Notes under the pieces: model-generated
Seen by the model: only the letters and a program-made list of their open reading frames with translations
The model's database searches: none
What the model was told of the DNA's origin: nothing
From: a virus
Length of the DNA: 64,000 nucleotides
Reading direction: 5' to 3' (one strand)
Virus record (IMG/VR): IMGVR_UViG_3300025769_010106
Coordinates: 32,001-96,000 of that record
Shown: positions 8,688-15,621 of the stretch, piece by piece
Layout: each line of letters opens with the position of its first letter
Position numbering within the stretch: the stretch's first letter is position 1
Position numbers and translations under genes: made by a program

Positions 8688-8978
8688 ATGGCTATCATGT
8701 ACACCCTTCGAGTTTGGGAGCCGAAAGAGTGGAGAGTTCACATTGCTAAGGGCCCAGTAGCAAAAGGCCACGATAATACTTGGATGGTGCAAAAAGGGCA
8801 GTCCAAGATAGTGAGGTCTGAGACCCTTCCTATGGAAGAAGCTTTTGCTGCCGCTAAAGAAGAGCTCGCACGGTTCAATACAGTTGAGCTCTCATGGTTT
8901 GACACGAACTGGGGCCACGACGGCACTGGGTTCGTAGACGATAGAGTCACTGTAGGTCAGTTAAGCGAACTGGGTTGA
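8688..8978 (+). CDS. Small early protein
   Basis: True start ATG 8688 after GAGGAGAG; the track's 8625 start lies inside the promoter repeat. Confidence 0.75.
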   Translation: MAIMYTLRVWEPKEWRVHIAKGPVAKGHDNTWMVQKGQSKIVRSETLPMEEAFAAAKEELARFNTVELSWFDTNWGHDGTGFVDDRVTVGQLSELG

Positions 8979-9033
8979 CAGGATGTCTATTTTTTCCATG
9001 GGTGATGTGGTTACGTTTAACAATGTAAAACGG

Positions 9034-9061
9034 TTGACACATAGCACAAATGTGTTATGTT
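9034..9061 (+). promoter_or_regulatory. Early promoter TTGACA-N16-TATGTT with TGn extension
   Basis: Preceded by AAAACGG; ACACAT/ATGTGT inverted repeat; AAGGAG RBS follows. Confidence 0.7.
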
Positions 9062-9089
9062 TAGATATTAGTTAAACAAGGAGAAAGAA

Positions 9090-10202
9090 ATGGCAGACAT
9101 TGTTAGTGCCCGTACTGTTACTCTTGCAGAAGCCGAGAATCGTATCGTTCGTGCTTTCCGCAATAAACTTCCGGTTTTCCTCTGGGGGCCTCCGGGTGTA
9201 GGTAAGAGCGAGCTTATGGCTGGTATTGCTAACAAGGGTATCCTGGGCAATGCTACACTGGTAGATATCCGTGTTGCGCTCATGGAGCCTACAGACCTGC
9301 GTGGCATGCCTTTCCTTAGCAAGAAGCAGGATAACATGCTCTGGGCACCTCCAGTGGATCTGCCCAGCGAAGAGATGGCTGCTGAGTATGATACTGTCAT
9401 CCTGTTCCTGGATGAAATGAACGCGGCTGCTCCTGCGGTGCAGGCTGCTGCCTACCAGCTGATCCTCAACCGTCGCATTGGCACTTATAAGTTGCCCGAG
9501 AATGTGGTGATTGTTGCCGCAGGTAACCGTGAGAGCGACAAGGGCGTTACCTACCGTATGCCCACTCCGCTGGCTAACCGCTTCGTCCACCTTGAAGTCC
9601 GTGCGGACTATGAAAGCTGGCTGAACTGGGCTGTTAACAACCAGATCAGCGAGGATGTGGTGGGTTATATCAGCTTCGCCAAGCAGGATCTCATGGACTT
9701 TGATCCTCGCGCTAGCGGCCGCTCGTTTGCTACACCGCGTAGCTGGACTTATGTCAGCCGCTTCCTGGAGGACGATACGATCTCTGATAGCGAACTTACT
9801 GACCTGGTCAGCGGTTGCGTGGGTGAGGGTGTTGCGATTAAGTTCATGGCGCACCGTAAGGTTGCCAAGGACATGCCGCACCCCAAGGATATCCTTGCTG
9901 GTAAGGTTAAGGAGCTCAAGATTAAGGAAATCAGCGCCCAGTATGCCCTGACTATTGGCATGTGCTACGAGCTCAAGAATGCCTACGATGACTTTGGTAA
10001 GAAGGACAGTAAGCGGTGGCACGAGATGGCTGACAACTTCTTCCGGTTCATGATGGATTTCTTCCCCACGGAGATGACTGTTATGGGTGCCCGTACAGCA
10101 ATCGCCAACTATAGCTTGCCCTTTCAACCCAACAAGCTTACTCACTTTAAGGAGTTCTTTGACCGGTTTGGCAAGTATGTTGTTAAGGCTTCAGAATTCT
10201 AA
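9090..10202 (+). CDS. MoxR-family AAA+ ATPase
   Basis: Walker A GPPGVGKS, Walker B LFLDE, AAGN sensor I, LANRF arginine finger, TPRSW sensor II. Confidence 0.92.
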   Translation: MADIVSARTVTLAEAENRIVRAFRNKLPVFLWGPPGVGKSELMAGIANKGILGNATLVDIRVALMEPTDLRGMPFLSKKQDNMLWAPPVDLPSEEMAAEYDTVILFLDEMNAAAPAVQAAAYQLILNRRIGTYKLPENVVIVAAGNRESDKGVTYRMPTPLANRFVHLEVRADYESWLNWAVNNQISEDVVGYISFAKQDLMDFDPRASGRSFATPRSWTYVSRFLEDDTISDSELTDLVSGCVGEGVAIKFMAHRKVAKDMPHPKDILAGKVKELKIKEISAQYALTIGMCYELKNAYDDFGKKDSKRWHEMADNFFRFMMDFFPTEMTVMGARTAIANYSLPFQPNKLTHFKEFFDRFGKYVVKASEF

Positions 10203-10225
10203 TAGTAAAGTGGCTCCTCCTCGTA

Positions 10226-10253
10226 ACCCTGGTAGCAGTCTGGCTACCAGGGT
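10226..10253. other. 11-bp perfect stem-loop
   Basis: ACCCTGGTAGC-AGTCTG-GCTACCAGGGT; no U-tract on either strand. Confidence 0.7.
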
Positions 10254-10343
10254 GCACGTCGGAAAAGTATTGCACCTTGGGATGTGGCAATACCAACTTA
10301 ACAAGACCTCCACAATACGATCAAACGGTAACAAAGAATAACG

Positions 10344-10622
10344 ATGATGCAAGAATTAACTCTCTCTGAGGACTTCGCAATTTGGTGGAAGATGCAGAAA
10401 TATGAGGATAGGAATATCCCTGCTCGCAAATTTGGTGACCAAAAGATAGTAGTTCGTAATGCTAGCAATAGCGGCTGGCCAGGTGAACAAAAAGATGTGC
10501 ACTACTGGGTAGAACTAGAAAACGGTTACGCAGTAGGGATGCGTCATGGTCGAGGACCTAGCGAAACACGCAGGGCAAAATATGCTGAATTTCCAGTAGT
10601 TTTTATGGGTAAAAACGGTTGA
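10344..10622 (+). CDS. Hypothetical protein
   Basis: ORF between the MoxR and vWA genes. Confidence 0.6.
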   Translation: MMQELTLSEDFAIWWKMQKYEDRNIPARKFGDQKIVVRNASNSGWPGEQKDVHYWVELENGYAVGMRHGRGPSETRRAKYAEFPVVFMGKNG

Positions 10623-10646
10623 CAGACACTATTTGTGTGTTAATAT
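10619..10646 (+). promoter_or_regulatory. Early promoter TTGACA-N16-TAATAT with TGn extension
   Basis: AAAACGGTTGACA context, AAGGAG RBS downstream. Confidence 0.7.
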
Positions 10647-10670
10647 AAACATATAAAAGGAGTGAACTGC

Positions 10671-11963
10671 ATGCCTACTACCACTGCAAACAAGAAAAAC
10701 GTAGAAATCCCAGTAGGGTTTGAGACTGTTCCTAGCGAGGACTATGAGGCTCGTGAGAAGCTCACTACAGCTCGAGTAGGCTTGCTTATTAGGGCACCAT
10801 GGTTTGGGAATATGGCAACCCGGTTACCACTGGTTAATGCAGACGACTGGTGCCCTACAGCGGCTACAGACGGTCGTTACTTCTATTACAATAGCAAGTT
10901 CATCAACATGCTAAAGACCAAAGAGGTAGAGTTTCTCTTCGGGCATGAGGTTTTGCACAATGTTTATGAGCATCTAGGGCGTAGTAAGGATAACAAGCAT
11001 AACGCCCAGATTGCTAATATTGCAGCTGACTATGCTGTAAACGGTGACCTTGTTAAGAGTGGTATTGGTACACTTATTACCACCGTGCCTGCTCTGCATG
11101 ATTCGAAATACTACGACATGAGCATGGAGGAAATCTATGATGACCTCTATGAGAACGCTGATAAGATTGACATGGATCAGCTTATTGATATGTTACTGGA
11201 CGAGCATCTTGAAAGCGACGATGATAACAGCTCTGGTGGGAAGCCTGAAGAGGATGAGAACGGTAACCTCAAGAGCTCGGGTAAGCCCACTTATTCTGAC
11301 GAAGAGCGCAAGAAGATCCGTGATGAGATCAAGGAAGCTCTTATTAATAGCGCCAAGCTGGGTGGTGGTGCTGGTAACCTTCCTGGGGGTGTTGCTCGCC
11401 TTGTTAAGGATCTTACCGAGCCCAAGATGGACTGGCGCAGCCTGCTTGCGATGAGCATTGAAAGCTCAATCAAGAGCGATTATAGTTTTATGCGTCGTAG
11501 CCGTAAGAGCTGGGGCAGTGACTTCCTGCTGCCTGGTATGATCCCCGAGCAGACTATTGACATTGCTATTGGCATGGACATGAGTGGTTCAATTGGTGAC
11601 CACCAGGCACGTGACTTCTTTAGCGAGTTCAAGGCTATTATGAACATGTACACAGACTTTAAAATTAAACTTTGGTGCTTTGATACTAAGGTTTATAACT
11701 ATGCTGAGTTTGATGCCAATAATCTCGACGAGATTATGAACTATCAGCCTATGGGAGGAGGTGGTACTGACTTCATGTGCAATTGGGACTTCATGAAGCA
11801 TGAAGATATTCAACCCAATCGCTTTGTGATGTTTACAGATGGGTACCCAATGGGTTCATGGGGCGATGAGTTCTACTGCGACACAGTGTTTATTATCCAT
11901 GGCCCAGATACTATTAAGCCAGCGTTTGGCAACTGGGCTTATTATGAGGGTACAAAAACCTAA
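10671..11963 (+). CDS. HExxH metallopeptidase-like + vWA domain protein (MoxR partner)
   Basis: TAATDG, HEVLH, NIAADYAVN; MIDAS DMSGS...GGGGT...FTDG; ATG 10671 fits the RBS. Confidence 0.88.
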   Translation: MPTTTANKKNVEIPVGFETVPSEDYEAREKLTTARVGLLIRAPWFGNMATRLPLVNADDWCPTAATDGRYFYYNSKFINMLKTKEVEFLFGHEVLHNVYEHLGRSKDNKHNAQIANIAADYAVNGDLVKSGIGTLITTVPALHDSKYYDMSMEEIYDDLYENADKIDMDQLIDMLLDEHLESDDDNSSGGKPEEDENGNLKSSGKPTYSDEERKKIRDEIKEALINSAKLGGGAGNLPGGVARLVKDLTEPKMDWRSLLAMSIESSIKSDYSFMRRSRKSWGSDFLLPGMIPEQTIDIAIGMDMSGSIGDHQARDFFSEFKAIMNMYTDFKIKLWCFDTKVYNYAEFDANNLDEIMNYQPMGGGGTDFMCNWDFMKHEDIQPNRFVMFTDGYPMGSWGDEFYCDTVFIIHGPDTIKPAFGNWAYYEGTKT

Positions 11964-11968
11964 ACCAA

Positions 11969-12427
11969 TTAATTTTTTAGTGATTCAGAAATAGTTTCTA
12001 TATGCGTTTTGCAGTCTTTACTTAGTCTAAATAAGTTTTGAACATGCTGTCTTAGTTCTTTATCGTCACTTGCATCTAATCCGTTAATTAACAGGCCCAT
12101 AGAAATATCATTATATAAACTAATTACATCCTGATTTATATTGGAAATATAAGGTTGTAACGATCGCTGTAGCATAATTGAAATCTTCTCTGCTTCTAAC
12201 CAATCCTCTTTTAACATTTCTATTAAAGAGCTATCAGTGGTCATATTTTCTACACTCTCTTTAAACATATAATAAATACCTGCATAATATGCTGCTATTT
12301 TAAATGTAGCCTGGCAGGTCGTAATAGTTTTAAGGCCCTGATATAACACGTTCTTATCATTACCTTGCGCCCATACTGAAGAAGTCAAGATAATTGAAAT
12401 TAATATAGACAAAAAAGTTGATTTCAT
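11969..12427 (-). CDS. Putative exported protein
   Basis: Signal peptide MKSTFLSILISIILTSSVWA; very AT-rich; opposite strand to neighbours; TATAAATA on the minus strand at 12466-12473. Confidence 0.65.
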   Translation of the reverse strand: MKSTFLSILISIILTSSVWAQGNDKNVLYQGLKTITTCQATFKIAAYYAGIYYMFKESVENMTTDSSLIEMLKEDWLEAEKISIMLQRSLQPYISNINQDVISLYNDISMGLLINGLDASDDKELRQHVQNLFRLSKDCKTHIETISESLKN

Positions 12428-12472
12428 AATTATAAATCCATATAATAGTACTTAGTTAAAGGAGATATTTAT

Positions 12473-12805
12473 ATGTCAATCGAAGAACCAGTTGAAGAGA
12501 CCAATGAAGAAAACACTGTTCATGAAGTTAAGCCACAACAGCAGACCCTAAGCATTCAGGATCTTACGTTAATGGTTAATATTCTTGAAGTAGTGAGTAA
12601 TCGAGGTGCCATTAAAACTAATGAGATGGAATTAGTAGGTAAATTATATAATAATTTAGTACTATTCCTTAAAGAAAATGGTGTGATTGCTAATCAAACT
12701 CAGGAAGATGCAGTAGCACATGATGCTGAAAAAGTAGAAAACGAAGAAGGTGATTCAGATACTGCTGAAAAAGTAGAAAACGAAGAAGGTGATTCAGATG
12801 CTTAA
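12473..12805 (+). CDS. Acidic hypothetical protein
   Basis: AAGGAG RBS; LSIQDL...RGAIK.NE...VG.LY core; duplicated C-terminal 13-mer. Confidence 0.7.
   Translation: MSIEEPVEETNEENTVHEVKPQQQTLSIQDLTLMVNILEVVSNRGAIKTNEMELVGKLYNNLVLFLKENGVIANQTQEDAVAHDAEKVENEEGDSDTAEKVENEEGDSDA
12724..12799 (+). repeat. 39-bp-period tandem duplication (AEKVENEEGDSD x2)
   Basis: TGCTGAAAAAGTAGAAAACGAAGAAGGTGATTCAGAT at 12724 and 12763. Confidence 0.9.
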
Positions 12806-13436
12806 ACATGTAGGTAGACATGGTGAACAAAGAGTCGCTGTTGTCTTTAGAGAAGTACCCAACGAGGAACATATGTGCTTGGTAATCTATCCAGGTCAGC
12901 TACAATCAGCATATCATAACGATCTTATGAAGTGTATTGAAAGTAACGCAGGACAAACTGCAAGCAATTTAGGCGAAGCCATGCAACGTTATGTTGGTGC
13001 TGACGGCCGCAATCTACTAGTAGCCGCTCACCGCGAACGCTGGATGAAGAAGGTACGGTGTCAGGACGTTATTATGACACCAGTTCCTAATCAGCAGGGT
13101 GCACGCCTTGATGAGATCAACAAGATCATTAAGGAAGTGGAATCAGGCGCAGATGCTGCCAAGCGTATGGCAGAGATTGATGCACAGGCTGGTATGGCAG
13201 ATCCTGCAAAGACTGTAAGCGATACAGCATATGCTGCAACTGCACCTGCAGGTGTACTAACTGATTCAGATATTGCCGCAGACATGATGAAGCAGGCAGC
13301 ACAAATGGAGTCACAGATTGCAGGACTACAGGCAGAAGTTGCACGTCTTACTGAAGAAGCAACTGCACTTGATCCAAGTGTTGCTCCAGCACCTGCTCCT
13401 AAGAAGCGCGGTCGTCCTAAGAAGGCTGCTGCCTAA
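12798..13436 (+). CDS. Phage protein with a coiled coil and C-terminal AT-hook-like KKRGRPKK
   Basis: Start MLKHVG after GAAGGTGA; RGRP motif. Confidence 0.7.
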   Translation: MLKHVGRHGEQRVAVVFREVPNEEHMCLVIYPGQLQSAYHNDLMKCIESNAGQTASNLGEAMQRYVGADGRNLLVAAHRERWMKKVRCQDVIMTPVPNQQGARLDEINKIIKEVESGADAAKRMAEIDAQAGMADPAKTVSDTAYAATAPAGVLTDSDIAADMMKQAAQMESQIAGLQAEVARLTEEATALDPSVAPAPAPKKRGRPKKAAA

Positions 13437-14116
13437 TGAAGGTAAGCCTGGTTAGTTTTAGCCAAGCCAGTCCAGAGTTTTTAACTGAACACGATCTTGC
13501 TGATGCAGATGTGCAGGACCTTATTGCGTTCTGTGCTAGAGTCAGCAACCCTAGTGGACAGTTAAACATGGAGACTAGTGCAAAGCTCATTAAATATCTG
13601 ATCAAACACAAGCACTGGAGTCCCCTAGAAATGGTCAGTGCTTGTATGGAGATTGAAACTACTCGTGATATAGCAAGGCAGATCCTACGTCACAGGAGTT
13701 TCAGTTTCCAGGAGTTTAGCCAACGCTATGCTGATCCCACAAAGGATCTAGAGTTTGTTATTCGTGAAGCACGTTTGCAGGATACTACAAATCGTCAAAA
13801 CAGTATCGAGAACGATAATCAGCAGCTGGCTGTTGACTGGGAAGAGTATCAGAGAGATGTAATTGAATATGCCAATAGAGCATATCAATTTGCTATTGAA
13901 AATGGTATTGCAAAAGAACAGGCTCGTGCTGTTCTCCCGGAAGGACTGACCGTTTCTCGGTTATACATGAACGGCACACTACGTAGTTGGGTACACTATA
14001 TTGAACTACGTGGTGATAATGGTACTCAAAAGGAACACATGGAGATTGCTCATGCTTGTGCTAAGGTTATTGCAGATGTGTTCCCACTTGCAGACGAAAT
14101 GTTTGAATGGTCATAA
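13436..14116 (+). CDS. thyX: Flavin-dependent thymidylate synthase
   Basis: HWSPLE, RHRSFSFQEFSQRY signature, EQARAVLP, TQKEH. Confidence 0.95.
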   Translation: MKVSLVSFSQASPEFLTEHDLADADVQDLIAFCARVSNPSGQLNMETSAKLIKYLIKHKHWSPLEMVSACMEIETTRDIARQILRHRSFSFQEFSQRYADPTKDLEFVIREARLQDTTNRQNSIENDNQQLAVDWEEYQRDVIEYANRAYQFAIENGIAKEQARAVLPEGLTVSRLYMNGTLRSWVHYIELRGDNGTQKEHMEIAHACAKVIADVFPLADEMFEWS

Positions 14117-14376
14117 AACATAACTGGGTACCTACACATTCATACCCACAGGGTTGCGGTTACTCGAAAGTATACGAACATCAGGTTACACTAGAGTGTG
14201 ATGGCGTAAATTACCAGAGCATGCAATGGGCAGCAGAACATTGCAACCGTCGTTGGGGTTGGTACTTTACAGTGCTAACTACTAACTATGAGAAACATGC
14301 AGTTATGACATTTGAAGACCCGGAAGAAATGATGCTTTGGGTATTGCGTTGGCAAGCAGAACATAGGAGAAAATAA
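14107..14376 (+). CDS. Hypothetical small alpha/beta protein
   Basis: WAAEHC..RWGWYF...FEDPEEMMLWVLRW. Confidence 0.6.
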   Translation: MVIKHNWVPTHSYPQGCGYSKVYEHQVTLECDGVNYQSMQWAAEHCNRRWGWYFTVLTTNYEKHAVMTFEDPEEMMLWVLRWQAEHRRK

Positions 14377-14660
14377 TGGGCGGCGATAAATCATTTGCTA
14401 ATATTGAAAAGATATTAACCAAGTATGAAAATGAAACTAACAGGTTGGAATTGGTTATTCATGCTGCTCAACTTGCAAGATCCAAAAAGATTTCAGGACG
14501 AGCTGCATTAAATGTTTTAGAAACAGAAACTATTAATTTAAAAGATTTAGACGAGCAACTGATGGATAAACTACAGAAACAAATCCAGAAAGACAATAAA
14601 GAAAAAGAAAGCAAAAAGGTAGATTCAGATGATCCACCTACACAACCTAAACAGACTTAA
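14376..14660 (+). CDS. RNA polymerase omega subunit (RpoZ)-like protein
   Basis: NRLELVIHAAQLAR and AALNVLETETINLKDLDEQLMDKLQK resemble the omega NRF(D/E)LVL.AA.RAR and (V/I)ALREI...L..LQK blocks; AGGAG RBS. Confidence 0.6.
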   Translation: MGGDKSFANIEKILTKYENETNRLELVIHAAQLARSKKISGRAALNVLETETINLKDLDEQLMDKLQKQIQKDNKEKESKKVDSDDPPTQPKQT

Positions 14661-15621
14661 TAAAGAATTAAATACTGCTTTAATAAAAGCTAACGACCTG
14701 GTTCTAAAATCAGGTCGTGTCATGATGGGTGAATATACACTGGAGTTTGAAAGCAGAATAGCAAAAGTATCTGGAGCAAACTACGCATGTGTAGTAGGAA
14801 GTGGAAGCGACGCTCTGTTGTATGCGTTAGTATCTAGTAACACTACAGGACTTGTTGGCATGCCTGCTCAAACTTTTATTGCTACTAAAAATTCTATTTT
14901 AAGAGCTGGATGCATACCTTATTTGGTAGATGTAAAGAATAATGCTCTATTAAATTGGGATTTAATTCCAAACAGTGTTGATTGTGCTGTATGGGTTGGG
15001 TTATTTGGTAACTCTGAACCTCTACCTGATAACTTATTTGTAATAGAAGATGGAGCTCAACATTTTGGAGCAAGGCTTCAATCCAATATTGCAACATATA
15101 GTTTTGATCCTACAAAAAGTCTACCTAACTTTGGCAATGGCGGTGCAGTTGTTAGCAACGACAAACGTGTTATAGACAATGTAAAACTTTTACGCAGACA
15201 TCAAATAGTAAATGGACACACGGGCGGCAACAGCATAATGAGTGAACGTGAGTGTGCTGAAATGTGTGTTAAGTTAGATTACTTTCCTCTTTGGCAAGAG
15301 CGTAGACAGGAGATTGCTAGAGATTATTACACACATTTAGGACATCTTGTAAATTGTGTCACTCAACTAGATGGACAGATAAGCAAGTTTATTATTGAAA
15401 CAACTATGCGGGCTGACCTACAAAAATACCTATCTCACAAACATATAGAGACCAAACGTGCCTATGAACATCCAATATACGAATTTGACCAGGCATCCAA
15501 AAACTGTAAAAGATTTCTACAATTACCCTGTGATCCTTATATGACTGATGAAGAACTGTTAGCTGTTATAATGGCTGTCAAAGAATTCTTTGAGGAAAGC
15601 CCACTCGAAAGTTTGCTGTAG
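14629..15621 (+). CDS. DegT/DnrJ/EryC1/StrS PLP sugar aminotransferase
   Basis: GSGSDAL, TFIAT, IEDGAQ, YSFDPTK(PLP Lys)SL..GNGGA, LQLP. Confidence 0.9.
   Translation: MIHLHNLNRLNKELNTALIKANDLVLKSGRVMMGEYTLEFESRIAKVSGANYACVVGSGSDALLYALVSSNTTGLVGMPAQTFIATKNSILRAGCIPYLVDVKNNALLNWDLIPNSVDCAVWVGLFGNSEPLPDNLFVIEDGAQHFGARLQSNIATYSFDPTKSLPNFGNGGAVVSNDKRVIDNVKLLRRHQIVNGHTGGNSIMSERECAEMCVKLDYFPLWQERRQEIARDYYTHLGHLVNCVTQLDGQISKFIIETTMRADLQKYLSHKHIETKRAYEHPIYEFDQASKNCKRFLQLPCDPYMTDEELLAVIMAVKEFFEESPLESLL

Noticed and set aside
8183-8792. Minus-strand ORFs sharing SPHFQLMxYNSTTTQIVNHF
   Set aside because: The similarity is simply the reverse complement of the promoter repeat
8975-9003. Additional promoter at TTGACA 8975
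   Set aside because: No -10 element at 16-18 bp; at most a relic or weak hairpin
9072-10145. 357-aa antisense ORF over the MoxR gene
   Set aside because: Shadow frame explained by the strong codon bias of the sense gene; no RBS or recognisable motif
10203-10343. tRNA or intrinsic terminator in the MoxR downstream gap
   Set aside because: No cloverleaf or TTC-loop, and the hairpin has no U-tract
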